A stretch of DNA of 64,000 bases from Felis catus (GCF_018350175.1 NC_058368.1:232192001-232256000); one strand, 5' to 3'; positions 25,743 through 38,173 are shown, numbered from the stretch's first letter. Translations and numbers: made by a program. The notes: generated by a model not told the origin, from the letters alone.

Positions 25743-26644
25743 TCATGGATCGTCTCTTGTGCCTGTTATTCTTTGGGGCAATTTCTTTATATCTTTTTCA
25801 AGTTACACTCCTGTTTTTTGATAAGTATTGCATAAATATTTTCTCCCAGCAATCCCTCGTTCATTTTAAAATTGAATTTATTATTCCTTCCTGTGATGAT
25901 GTTCCAACTTTACCTCAGTAAGCCATTTTATTTACAGTCTTTGCTTTTTCCTTTGGTCATTTTCCTAATGGCCCAGAATATGGAGGTCTAAATGAATATC
26001 TCTGTTATTACAGTAATCCAATTTCACCCCTGCATTTTCTACCCGCCATCAGACTCACTTCTGGTCTTCCGTGGCTTCATTAGTCACCGGCAAGAATCAA
26101 TATTAGGGATTGTTTGGATGCACATTCTGATGATTTATGCCCTGGAACGTTACCGTTACCTCTGGCAAGTGTGTTAGTGAAGCCCTTTGTTTGTGCGAGG
26201 TCTGGTCTGGTGACAGTACCTTGCATGGTCCTTGTTTCTTGGGGTACTTTTCCCTTTCTCGTGTTGCCAGAAATACCACCTTTTAAGTGTATCTACAGCT
26301 TCTGCTCATCTGTAGGCACATACTTGAATTTGGCTCCGCGTGCCTCCCTAGACAGATGGCGCATAAAGGATTGGGCATGTCAGTCATTGTGTTTGCTCCG
26401 CTGCGCCCACGTCAGCATGTGCATATGGGAGGTTGGTGTGGTGGTCCTGGTGCCCAGAGGAACACGTGCCTTCTGAAGCAGCTGCCACCTGTGCGTGTCC
26501 CCCCAGTGGGCATCAGGCAGCAGCTCCCATGGGATCAGAATGTTGACTCTCTTCTTGTTACCTCCCAACTGGTCAGGTTCCTATGACTTGCAGACAAGGT
26601 CATGGAATAAAAAGAGAAGGCAGACAATCTACGTAAAACTACCT

Positions 26645-26848
26645 TCTCCTCCTCCTCCTCCTCCTTCCTCCTCCTCTTCTTCTTCTTCTTCTTCTTCTTC
26701 TTCTTCTTCTTCTTTTAATATGATTTATTGTTGGCTCATATACAGCGTATACAGCATGCCCTTGGTTTTGGGGATAGAGTCCTGTGATTCATTGCTTACA
26801 TACTACACCCAGTGCTCATCCCAACAAGTGCCCTCCTCAATGGCCATC
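26645..26848 (-). mobile_element. Carnivore L1 3' end fragment with (CCT)n(TCT)n microsatellite at its tail
   Basis: acacccagtgctcatcccaacaagtgccctcctcaatg is the reverse of the L1 3' UTR seen at 45020-45070. Confidence 0.8.
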
Positions 26849-27078
26849 TTCTTCTGCATGACACTGCTTCTTTAGCAGTAGCTTTTTTAATTAATGTTTA
26901 CTTTGGAATTATTTGTTACAATCTTTGATCTCATTCATCAGCATTGAAGTGAAAGCTTACTTCATGTCTGAATCCCTTAGAGGACTTGGAAAATACAGCT
27001 TATCAAAAATACGTACTAATTCTTCTACTCTCTGAAACTCCCATTTTCTCATCTAGAAAGTAAGAATAATCACGCGTA

Positions 27079-27657
27079 TATGCTGGATCCTTGAATAACA
27101 GGGGGCTGGGGGCACCCACACCCTGCACATCCAAAAGCCTATGTGTGACTTTGACTTCCCAAAAAGTTAACCACTCCTCACCTGCCACTGACTGGAAACC
27201 TTACCGATGACATAAACAGTCCTTAACACATATTCTGTATGTTATGTGTAATGTATGTTTTATTCTTACAATATGGGAAGCCAGAAGAAAGAACATGTTA
27301 CTATGAAAAATCATAAGGGCGGTCCCTGGGGGCCTCAGTCGGTTAAGTGTCGAACTCTTGATTTCGGCTCTGGTCATGATCTCGCAGTCTGTGAGTTTAA
27401 GCCCCCCATCGGGCTCCATGTGGACAGTGTGGAGCCTGCTTGGGATCCTCTCTCTCTCCTTCTCTGCTTCTCCCACATGCTATTGCTTTCCCTCTCTCTC
27501 TCTGTCTCTGTCTCTCTCTCAAAATAAACTTTAAAAAATATCATAAGGAAGAGAAAATACAATATTTATTATATTCATTGTACTGTTAGTTACTGGAAGA
27601 AATCCACACGCAAGTAAACCTAGTCAGTTCAAACCTGTGCTATTCAGGAGTCACGTG
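27079..27657 (-). mobile_element. Tigger2a/MER28-like Tc1-mariner DNA transposon interrupted by a SINE
   Basis: Degenerate TIRs (ccttgaataac...tattcaggagtcacgtg) with TA flanks. Internal ccttaccgatgacataaacagtc...aaaatcataaggaagagaaaatac. Confidence 0.7.
27317..27538 (+). mobile_element. CAN-SINE, older subfamily
   Basis: SINE body. TSD atcataag. Confidence 0.9.
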
Positions 27658-27712
27658 TATCAGCTACATCTTAACTAGCTTGCTGAGATGATCAGATGAA
27701 ATGTGGGTATAA

Positions 27713-27884
27713 CAGGGTTGCCAGAGTTAGCAAATGAAAACACAGGATGCTCACTTAAATTTCAATTTCAGGTAAAGTATGAATACTATTGAAGAGGACA
27801 TACCAATGCGAAAAAAAATTATTCATGGTTTATCTAAAATTTAAATTTAAGTGGGCATCCTTTATTTAATCTGGTAACCCCCTA
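27713..27884. mobile_element. MER53-like palindromic MITE
   Basis: cagggttgccagagttagcaaat...caggatgc...ttaaattt // aaatttaagtgggcatcct...tctggtaaccc. Approximately 8-bp TSD gggtataa/gggtatac. Confidence 0.75.
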
Positions 27885-28185
27885 GGGTATACGCATGCTG
27901 TCTGTTGTGCTGAAAGGAGGCAAATGTAAGTTACTTGGTGCCATGTTTAATGAAATTTTCATGTGATTACGACTATTCGTGTCTTGCAAATAACAGCCAT
28001 ACTATCAGCTTTGATCCAACCTTCAAAATCCTGCAGGAGCTCTGTCTCTCACCGTGTGCACAGTTTTCCATTTGAGAGTAAACTACAAAACTGTGACTTT
28101 CAAATTGGGGCCCATGACAGAATGAGTAGCTGACACTTTCCAGAAGAAGCAGCTATTAGGAGAGTTTGTGGCAAGGCAGTGCCAG

Positions 28186-28186
<1 letters not shown>

Positions 28187-28236
<50 letters not shown>

Positions 28237-28249
28237 CGCGCGTGCATGC
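28187..28249. repeat. (TG)21(CG)7 compound microsatellite
   Basis: Seen directly. Purine/pyrimidine alternation continues through tgcatgc. Confidence 0.95.
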
Positions 28250-28360
28250 TGTTAGCTCCCTGGGGACCTGAGCCACAGCTGGCTGAAAGTGCCAGACTTT
28301 TCTTTTCTTGTTGATTGTCGAATTTCCAAGAACGATCGAGAAAGTTGTATGTATTTCTTG

Positions 28361-28777
28361 TGTTAAAATAAAAGACAAATGCAAACTAATCTTGAAAAGT
28401 CCCCAAGCAGACAAAACCAGTTCAGTCATACAAACAAAACTTAATTTGCTTGTTTTGCAAGGCTAACTTGACCTGGGTCACTTCTTGCTAACGCCTCTGA
28501 AAATCCTAAGGAAACTTGAACTGTTTCCCGAGGTTGATATAAGGTGACTGCTAACCAATGGCTTATTATTTAAGAAAATTCTAATGTAATAACCAATCAC
28601 TGTGAAGAAGAAAGTCACTACCTTCCCACTACGTAAGCTGCTTTATAACAAGACCGTGTAATGGTCCGAGCGCCCTGGTTTGCACACTGTCCTTTTGGTG
28701 TGTGCACAGTAAATTTTTACTGATTTCTACTTCGGTGAGTCATTGGTTTTACTTCTGTTATTTCTGAACTTTTGACA
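28361..28777 (+). mobile_element. Probable ERV1-class solo LTR, family not identified
   Basis: tgttaaaata...cttttgaca termini, two CCAAT boxes, 4-bp flanks cttg/ctgg. Confidence 0.5.
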
Positions 28778-29974
28778 CTGGCATCTGTTTTGTTTGTTTG
28801 TTTGTTTATTTTTGTCCCCGCCCCCGTAACTCACTTTGAGTAACGTATTGAATTTTCAGTGTGTCGAAGGTATATATGGTTTTAGTTTTAATGGCAAATC
28901 TTCAGAGTTAATATTTTATCAGATGAAACCAATTAAAATGGTTTTCTTCGTTCCCATTTAGTTTACGACACTTTCAGCTAAAATCTATGCCTATTGGGGA
29001 AATGATGTTTCTTGTTTGCCCTTCACCCTGACTGATAACATAACTCTCATTAACGGCCACAATGGGAAAAATATTAATCAGGAGTTTTTCCAGCAGATGC
29101 ACGGATGATGACTTTCTCATTCCTTCTTTCTCCCATTCTGTCCCTCACCCATCAGTGGGCCTCTCGCCCGGTGTGTGTTTATTCTTGTGCACAGGCCATA
29201 TCAATGGCCACTCTGCACACGTCAGAGGACAGAACTGACATAGTATCTTCTCCCCGTGGTGCTCAAGGTCAAGCGTACAAACCCACAAAACAAGGAGATG
29301 AGTCAGTACACCGTAATAAATGTTGTAAAGCAGAAACAGCAACAAAAAATTAAGCGCTCTCTGGGACCGACCAGGGTCTTCCTGTTTTTTGAACAAAATA
29401 GTTCTTTGCCCAGTGGTCTCTCTCATGGGCCAGGCTCTGCCTTTCTGCCTCGGAAAGAGACCAATGGCTTTGCCACATCCTTGTACCCGTGCTTCGGCCA
29501 GTGTGTCCAGTAACTGGGAGAGAACATTCGTCTGGACCGTGAGGCGGCGTCGAGGGTCTGTTCGCCGCCTACCACTCCAGTGGCAGCTCCTGATTAAATC
29601 TGCCGAGACGAGCGGGGTCACATCAGTGTCGTGGGATTTAGAGACGTCGCTCCTTCGGCCCGTCCCTTCTCTTTTGTGAGATGCAGGATGACCCAGGTTT
29701 TCTTTTTCTTTGTTCTAATGTGCTCGAAGGAGAGACAGCTTCCTCGGAATTCCAGGGTCATTTCGTATTTCGAAACGTATCTGTTTGGGATGACATCACG
29801 TGACATGATAGAGGTGTTAGCGGACGCTGTGCTACGGGGTAATCATGTTGCCCCGTAACATGATTATATAAGTGCCTCAAAGCAGCATATGTACAACTTA
29901 GACTTACACAGTGTGTTCTCCGTCCCCATAAAAATGTTTCGGCACACAGCCATTCATTTAAAAAAGGAAAAGAA

Positions 29975-30194
29975 GGGGCGCCTGGGTGGCACAGTCGGTT
30001 AAGCGTCCGACTTCAGCCAGGTCACGATCTCGCGGTCCGTGAGTTCCAGCCCCGCGTCAGGCTCTGGGCTGATGGCTCAGAGCCTGGAGCCTGTTTCCGA
30101 TTCTGTGTCTCCCTCTCTCTCTGCCCCTCCCCCGTTCATGCTCTGTCTCTCTCTGTCCCAAAAATAAATAAACGTTGAAAAAAAAATTAAAAAA
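29975..30194 (+). mobile_element. CAN-SINE, young felid subfamily
   Basis: Full length. TSD aaaaaaggaaaagaa. Confidence 0.96.
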
Positions 30195-30792
30195 AAAAAA
30201 GGAAAAGAAAAGAACGTGGCCTTGAAGATGGGAAGAACGAGATCCAATCGTGCCCCCAAGAGAGGGCTTCCCCTGGGGGGGGATGGGCAGAGAAAAACGG
30301 GCAGAAAGACGAATGGTGACAGAACGCCCTGACCCGGGCCTCCCAGACACCCCAGGAGGAGGGGTCTGCCTGGCTGTGTGTGGAGGGGAGAGAGAAGACT
30401 CCCAGCTTTCTGAGCAAGGACACAAAGAGGAAGCCGGCCGGGAAGCCATGTTAAGCAGAGAACCTGTATGTGCGGGGCTGGGGTGCTCCTGGGCCCCCAG
30501 AGCCCCAGGTGCCCCCCGTGACTCGGGCGCAGAGAGGTGGAGGTGCGAGGGAGCCCGAGATGAGGGCTCAGGGCATGCACGGCCCACGGCGACTCACTGC
30601 CCCGGTGGCCCCTTGTGCAGAGCATCCAAGGCACACGCACACGCATCCTGATGCTCCCTCCAGACGTAGGAGAGGACGGTGAGTGTTCTGGGTTAGGAAG
30701 GCGTTCCGCACCAAGGTAACAGGTGTGTGAGCCCGGAGCGAGAACAAGGCACAGGCCAGGGAAGGAAGAGCTTCACAGAAGCAGAGGTTCCT

Positions 30793-31008
30793 GGGGTGCC
30801 GGCGTGGCTTTGTGGGTTAAGCGTCCAGCTTCAGCTCAGGTCACGATCTCACGGTTTGTGAGTTCAAGCCCCGCATCCCTGCATCGGGCTGTCTGCTGTC
30901 AGCACAGAGCTGGCTTCAGACCCTCTGTCCTTCTCTATCTCTGTCCCTCCCCCACTCTCTCTCTCTCAAAATAAATAGAAACATTTAAAAAATTAAAAAA
31001 AAAAAAAA
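30793..31008 (+). mobile_element. CAN-SINE, diverged
   Basis: ggggtgccggcgtggct...tcagctcaggtcacgatctcacgg...A tail. Confidence 0.87.
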
Positions 31009-33061
31009 CTCAGCATGCATGTGAGCATGTTGACATTTGAACTATTATTCTTTTGGGTGGGTTTCTCAGACTAGCAATCTATCAACAGCAGAAATAATGA
31101 ACAGCAGGAGCCTTTGTTCAACTGTTGAATAGCATTTTTGTTCCGTAATCCGCATTTCCCGTGACTGTAGTGTGACAACGGTCCAAAGATGGTGATTTTT
31201 CTGCTGGACTCCCATCTCCTTTGCCCCCTCCCCACCCCCACCCTCTCCCCTCCATTGCTATAAACTATTCTTGTTGCATCCCAAGGGTCTCTCACTTAAG
31301 CCCTCCTACCCGCCTTGCTGCCCGCTGGGGGGTGGCAGTCCCTGGCACCCCCTCCTGGCCTCTGGCTCGGACGATATCTTCTGCTGTCATGACGTCCCAA
31401 AGGATGGCTCGTGCCTGTCACTGCTCCACGGGAAGTCTGGCACTTCCATCTGCTGGTGAGGACTTCCTCTCAGGGTATTGTGGCTGAGACATCTCTGTAC
31501 TGAAGTCACCTTCCCTGAAGCACCCATCTTGCTCCGTGCCTCGGTGCTGTGCATGGTTGTTGACGCTTTTCTCTATGCGGGGCAGGAAGACCCCAGAGTC
31601 ACTGGCGTTGAATTTCCCACCAGCTGGGGACTGTGGTCACCGAGTCCAAATTAGGTTGACTTTTGCAGTAAAGACGTACAAGTTTTCTTGCACGCTTAAG
31701 TCTGTGAGATGTTCCTTCGTTAGAATGTCTGTGGCCCTGTTGTGTAGGCTTGTGCCCTCTCTCTCTCTCTCTCTTCCCTCAAAGACAGGCACTGTGTTTT
31801 TCATCTTCCCAACGTATAGCGTAATGCCATTTATGCTTGAACTTTTTCGGAAGTAACACATTTATTCAGATAGCTCAAAATAAAATTAAGCCGTGGTTTA
31901 CTAAGGCTGCATATGTTATTATGAAGTCAGTTCGTAATCAGTAAGTATTCACTGGAGATGTTTCAGAGAGACTTTTAAAAATAAATTCAGGGTAACATAT
32001 GTCTGTGCATATCTTTTCTCTTTAAAAGAAATATTCTGAGTCTCTGAGCACTTCCATAGGAATGGAAACCTGAAAATATTCCTGTCCAAATTGTTCTTGA
32101 GATTCATGGATTGATAGGAAGCCTCAAAGCCGAAGATTTAATCCTGGTTTTGGAATAACTTCTTAGCCTCATTTTCTGTATTTTCAGGGTGATAATTATA
32201 ATGTTTTGAGACTCAGGATGCTGATGGGTTGATTTGAGGAGCTTAATGATGGCTTTAGGGAGTACTTCTGGTGGGTTTGCTGTCTCGCCCCCTGATTTGC
32301 AGGCTGGCACCAGGGCCTTCGCCAAAGCACGCTGGGGACATTAGCACACATTTCAGGTCTGTGTCCTGATGCGTGGTATTGGCCGTGCTGTGACTCTCGC
32401 CGGCTAAGAGGCCTCCTCTCTGTGCTCTTTGCAGCCGGTCTGGGGAGATGCCTGATTCACAGGTAGTGCTTACAGCCAAGCTTAGGTGTAGGTGAGCACA
32501 AACACGCAGTGACCGGAAAACCTGGGGCGGGGAAGAGACCGGGCCAGAAACAGACGTTCCGTTGTCCAGGAGAGGAGAATTTGGGACTGCGAGACAGAGA
32601 AGGGCATCCCAACGGGCACGCTTTAGATGGAAAGAGGAAGGAGGTGTTCCGGGTAGAGGAGGAAGAGAGACAGAGAAGGATGCACTTCCCAGGCAGGAAG
32701 GAGAGGAGGTGTCCTTTGCTGTTGCCCTGGGTGTGTTGTGTCTGCCCTGCAGGGGTGGGGGGGCGCGGAGGGGGTGCAGGTCAGCACCTCTTTCGGACAC
32801 TAGGAATCCGAGATAGTCTCCTGAGGATTCCTCTCATCTGACGGTTTCCATGGGACGGAGCAGAGCTGGCGACCAGGAGCCACAGGTAGCTGTACTGCAC
32901 GCTGGGTGTCTGGACTTGGACGTGGACGAGGCTGAGGGGGCCGAGCAGTCTTCACCGCTAGCTGCCCGGTAGCTGAGAGCCGCGGCACAGCCGGTGTGCC
33001 TGCCCTACACCCGGCACTGGCGATTGAAGAGGTCCGGGGTGGGATTTGGGTGTCAGCATTG

Positions 33062-33094
33062 TTTTAAAAAGGTTTTAATGTTTTATTTACTTTT

Positions 33095-33147
<53 letters not shown>

Positions 33148-33312
33148 ACAGAGCAGGAGCGGGGGAGGGGCAGAGAGAGAGGGAGACACAGAATCCACGC
33201 AGCGGGCTCCGGGCTCTGAGCTGTCGGCACAGCGCCCGGCCCGGGGCTCGAACCTGTGAACCGGGAGATCAGGACCTGAGCCGGAGTCAGACGCGGGCCG
33301 GACCGAGCGCGC
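33062..33312 (-). mobile_element. CAN-SINE with (GA)n tract and strongly GC-shifted body
   Basis: Aligns by eye to other copies but carries many A/T to G/C changes; the head is degraded. Confidence 0.88.
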
Positions 33313-33437
33313 CAGTCATCGCTTTGGAACGCCGTGCGAGCAGCCGGGCTGGAGACGCGTGGCGGCTTCGCTGCTGGGTGGCCGGCGAGGCCCGCTGACC
33401 TTCTGTCCCTTTGCCTCCTTCCCTGTTGCCCTCACAG

Positions 33438-33645
33438 ATTACGGCACCATAAAGAAAGTGCGGGCGCCCCTGGCCCCGGCTGCCGGCAGCTGCCTGCTGG
33501 AGGAGATCGAGCTCTTCCCCGAGCGGCGGGGGGAGCCCATCAGGAGCCTGCAGCTCCTCCACAGCCGCAGCGCCCTGTTCGTGGGCCTGCAGGAGCACGT
33601 GGCCAAGATCCCGCTGAAGAGGTGCCAGTTCCACCGAACCCGCAG
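33438..33645 (+). CDS. SEMA5A: Semaphorin-5A internal coding exon (208 nt, phase 1 to 2), end of Sema domain and start of PSI: DYGTIKKVRAPLAPAAGSCLLEEIELFP...KIPLKRCQFHRTR
   Basis: Acceptor gttgccctcacag| and donor |gtaggc. Frame is continuous with both neighbouring exons. Contains the semaphorin GTIKKV and LLEEI motifs. Confidence 0.97.
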
Positions 33646-34624
33646 GTAGGCCTGCCCCGGGCTGGGCCCCGGCCCTTCGCATCGTAGCGAGCCCCGCGCC
33701 GTCCCAGGACGCGGGGTGCTGGTGCAAACCGCTTTGCGGGCATGAGAACGACCCCCTGGTGCCTCCGGATGGAGAGCCGATTGGTGACACCTGTAGGCAT
33801 CGGCCCGGGTTAAGAGAAATTCCCCCGTGATAACCCAGATCTTTGGTGTTCCTGCATCGGGCCGGTGCAAGTTTGCTTTGATCGGGATACGTGTAATGTA
33901 ATATATGTACGGAGCGGGCAGAGCATGGTAGCAAGTGCGTCCTGTCGGCCCAGAGCTAATCCCCTGAGGAGGAGCGATGTGGGACCCCACCCCGGGGGCC
34001 ATCTCCCTGTGTCGGCTCTCTCTTGAGGCTCCAGGACCCTACAGGCTGGGAGGAGGGAAGGAGAAGGAAGTCCTGGGGACGCAGGGGACCACAAGTGCCG
34101 TCACATCTTTCCTTGCTCCTACTCACCTCTCATTGGCCATGGGGTGCCCACGGGGACCACAGTGGCCTTTGAGGCTCAGTTTGGAAAATTGCTCAAGAGA
34201 CCATCAGGTACTATGCACACTACACGCTTGACCAGCACTTTAATGTTGGAGCATTGCGTAACTGCTCTGCCCCCCCACAAAAGATCGCCCTTGGGGAAAT
34301 CACAATCTCATATGTTCTTAGGGATCCGCAATCTCAGTAACTCCGTCCCCCAACGTAGCGCGTCATGGCAGATCTGGCGTAGAAACGGACTGTTTGCGTA
34401 TATCGCTCACAGGTACCATACACAGGTCATTCTTTGCCCAACAGGTGCCCCGTGGCATGAGCTTTGGAGCTCAGAGACTGGGAGTCACAGTGCAGGCTGC
34501 CTGTGCTATTTCTTGACCTGGTCACTAAAGTATCTTAGGCCTCACTTTCACATTCAACACAGGCAAATTGCTATAGATTTCAATGGTATAATGTATACCA
34601 TTTAAAATTCACGGCCCTTTACAA

Positions 34625-35078
34625 AATGGACAAAGAAGATTGGGCACATGTGTTACAACGGGATATTACTCGGCGATCAAAAAGAATGAAATCTTGCATT
34701 TGCGGCAACATGGATGGAACTGGAGTGTATTATGCTGGGTGGAATAAGTCAGAGAAAGGCAAATGCCGTATGATTTCACTCCTATGTGGAATTTGAGAAA
34801 CGAAACAGATGAACGTAGGGGAAGGGACGGAAGGATAAGATAAAAACAGAAGGCGACAAACCATAAGAGACTCTTAAATACAGAGAACAAACTGAGGGTT
34901 GCTGGAGGGGAGGTGGGTGGGGGGATGGGCTAGCTGGGTGATGGGCGTTAAGGAGGGCACTTGTTGGGATGAGCCTTGGGTGTTACATGGGAGTGATGAG
35001 TCACTAAATTCTGTTCCTGAAACCATTGCTACACCGTATGTTAGCTATCTTGGATTTAAATTTAAACAAATAAACATA
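34625..35078 (+). mobile_element. Carnivore L1 3' fragment (end of ORF2 plus 3' UTR)
   Basis: aaaagaatgaaatcttgc...acatggatggaactggag...ataagtcagagaaag...ccataagagactcttaaatacagagaacaaactgaggg. Confidence 0.88.
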
Positions 35079-36559
35079 CACGGCGGGTATCCCCTTGTAG
35101 AAAGAGAGTTTTTATGTATGATAAAAATCACCACAAGATTCCTTTCTAGAAGATTCTAGACAACGAAGTATATTACATGGTGCCTCTTTTGGTATCAGAG
35201 TGTTGAGGAATAATATTAAAGGGTTTTCTACCCAACAACGATGCTATGGTGAGCGATAAGAACAAATAGTGATATTTATTAGCAGCTATCTTTTTATAAC
35301 GTTAACCACTGGCCGCTTGAAATTTGTTGATTTGTGTTTCCTGCAAGACTAACGTGGCGCAGGAATGATTCTGCCCAGTTGCCGACGGTCAGTGGGTGAC
35401 GGGAAGGGTCGGCGTCTTGCCAACAGGCACGTCACAAGTTGGGATGCCCCTGGAAGGGTTCCAGTCTTCCAACCAGGAAGCCCTGAGCTCTAACGGCCTT
35501 CCGTGGGCATGACACAGGGTAACACACAGGAAGACACAGGCCTGTGCTGTCTGTAGGGTGTTTGGGGGACCAGAATGAGACTTCATGGCTTGTGATGCAG
35601 GAGGCACCGCATCCTTTCCGTGGTGCTTTGCCTCATCGAGTGGGGATTACAATAGCCCGGCTCCTCGTATAAGTGCGACATCGGAAGCTAAGTTCTGCAT
35701 CAAGTCAGGGAAGCGAGGCCTCATCATGCCCACCTCGTCTCCTGCGTGGCTGCCTGTGGAGCCCAATCAGGAAACCAAAGGAGCTGGCCACCACCGCGCA
35801 CGGCAGCCCGGGGGGCGTTCCCGGCTCCCTCGACAAGGCCACTTGTCTGTGTTCATCATGTTCCTGGGAGGAGAAGATCATACAGTTATATCCAGAGCAG
35901 AATCTTCCTGCTGTGTGCTTGTCCACCCTCTCAGAGAAGAGCCGCGAGAGATTAGAGCTTTATCCTAAACTGATAGATTGTGCTTTTCTGTGTCCCCACA
36001 CTCAGAATGGGTTAGACTGTGATTGACCCTTAAGTATTCCATCTGAGAGAAGAAAATCTGAAGACTTAAACCCAAGCGTTTCTGTGGATTCTTTCCAGTG
36101 TGTTCTTTGCCACCCCCTTCCCACAGAAAGACAAGAAAACCTCCATTTTTTGTCCATTTTTCAGACACTAGTATCTACGTGACTAGTTTCTTTTTTGGTG
36201 AATGAGGGGGGAGGTTGTTTTGTTTTGTTTTGTTTTTTGATGAGCAATTTTAATTTTCTAGACATATGCCCAAAGAAGTACGTTGAGTAGGAACAGGCGA
36301 CCAATGGAGTAACGATTGAGTATTTCTTTGTTAAATATATTTTCCATAGTAGAATATAAGTAATTTCATTTGTTATTAGAAAAATCAATTTCATAAATGA
36401 GTTTTATAGTGTTTGGCAAGAGAAACGGAGCTTAACTAAATTACCTGTCTCCTTCCAAATCATATTCACATTAAGAAATGTTTTAATGTCTATTTTTCAA
36501 AGGCAGTGCACAGTTTCAGGTCTGCTAAAATGTTTATAATTGATATTGATACACTTCCA

Positions 36560-36750
36560 CGCGTTGGCACTGTCCTAGATCTCCTCATCATTTCTCTTAG
36601 CCATTACACCCCGAGAGTTAAGTCACCCATCATCTCCATTTCTCAGTGGAGGAAACGGTGGCTCTGATTTTTGGATCCTGCCCAAAGGCCACATACATCG
36701 TGTGATATGAAGCCCAGGTTCAGGGCTGGGACTTGGCCTCCAAGGCTCAG
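36560..36750 (-). mobile_element. Degraded MIR SINE
   Basis: atctccatttctcagtggaggaaac...ctgcccaaaggccacata...gacttggcctccaag. Confidence 0.5.
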
Positions 36751-37098
36751 GCTTTCTCTGGGGTTCACTGTGCTGCCCTGGGACAATGAGGACTTCAGCT
36801 CAAGGATCAGATTTCAGTGGGAACCAGTTACGCCATGGCACCGATCACGTGTGTCTCTGAGCGCTGGAGCTAATGAGAAGGGCATGAACTCAGACATGTC
36901 CGCTGATGACAGTTTAGCCCTGGCCCCTTCCCATTCTTTCTTTTCTATTATACTTGTTACCAGGCAACACCCAGCATCCCAGAAGTTTGATACCCGCTTG
37001 CTTTTTCTACAGTGAATTTCCACCTCCACTTCTAGAAATGATCCCAGAGCCTCAGGGGAGGCTGGAAAAAGAGCTTGCCTGTGTGTTCCTTTTTCATT

Positions 37099-37320
37099 TT
37101 TTTAAAGTTTTTTAAATATTTATTTATTTCTGAGAGAGAGAGAGAGACAGAGCATGAGCAGGGGAGGGGCAGGGAAAGAGGGAGACACAGAATCTGAAGC
37201 AGGCTCTAGTCTCTGAGCTGTTAGCACAGAGCCCGATGCAGGGCTCGAACTCACGGACAGTTGAGATCATGACCTGAGCCGAAGTCGAACACCCAACCAA
37301 CCGAGCCACGCAGGCACCCC
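37099..37320 (-). mobile_element. CAN-SINE
   Basis: Full length. Degenerate TSD ttgcctgtgtgttcc/ttgcccatgtgttcc. Confidence 0.92.
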
Positions 37321-38173
37321 ATTTGCCCATGTGTTCCAAGCTCTGCACCCATTGTAACTTCGAACAAACAGCACTGTGTTTTTAACGAGATGTCACTGTT
37401 TTCCTCGGAAGGTTATTTTGGTAGAACAATATTTTAAAAATACATTTTAGTCAAGTTCAACCTCAAAAAAATGACCGAAAAGATTTTGATTTTAACTTTT
37501 TTTTTTCCATAACCATTTAGTGAATAGCATGGGGAAATGATGTGAATGACAGAGTCAACTTATCAGAAAAGGGTGGTTCCCTCTGCGCATGTGAAGTGCA
37601 AGAGAAGTTTTTCCTTTTCTTGTGTAGCCTTTTGTACTCCAGGATTTATTTACCATATATATGCATGCGGTTGCTAAAGTGAATCACCACTGACTGACTT
37701 TTGAAGAATGTGGGGACCTTGACAGGCCCGGATGTGGGTACTGCGGGTGACAGTGGAAGGTAGGTAAGCCGATGCCATCCCATGGGCCACGTCATATGCA
37801 CTTGGCACAAGGTCAGGTCTCCCCAAAGCAGCGTGAGGTCTTTGAAGTCGGGAAAGGTCTTTATAGAGTACAAAGTGTGGAACAGCCAAGACCTGCACTA
37901 CCTTAGTCTCATGTAAATACGAGAGTAAAGTCATAACCTGCCACCTGAAGGGGGACAGACTGTGGCGGACAGCTGAGGGAGTCCGCATCTCAGTACTTCA
38001 GGAAGGAACGAGTGATCACAGGACCTGGGCCGTTAGCCTTCCCCAGGGAATACTGTGGCCTTCCACTTGGCCCAGCTCATTGGCACCCTTCAGCCTCAGG
38101 AAAGGCGAGTTGTGATGGGAAGGCCTTTGATTCAGACTTGCAAGTCAGTTTAAGGATTGTGCAGCAATTCGAT

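Larger units (their letters stand above)
32850..33830. promoter_or_regulatory. Intragenic CpG-island-like GC-rich segment spanning the second exon
   Basis: Visibly dense CpG and high GC compared with the flanking intron. Boundaries are approximate and CpG o/e was not computed. Confidence 0.6.

Noticed and set aside
29975..30650. Recurrent peptides such as GAPGWRSRLSVRLQPGHDL and ERQSMNGGGAEREGDTESE in many ORFs
   Set aside because: Translations of CAN-SINE copies, not a paralogous gene family.
33287..34002. Antisense ORFs of 215 and 187 aa over the second exon, and similar ones at 1735-2289 and 62586-62943
   Set aside because: Shadow ORFs caused by high GC3 of the real exons; no recognisable protein.
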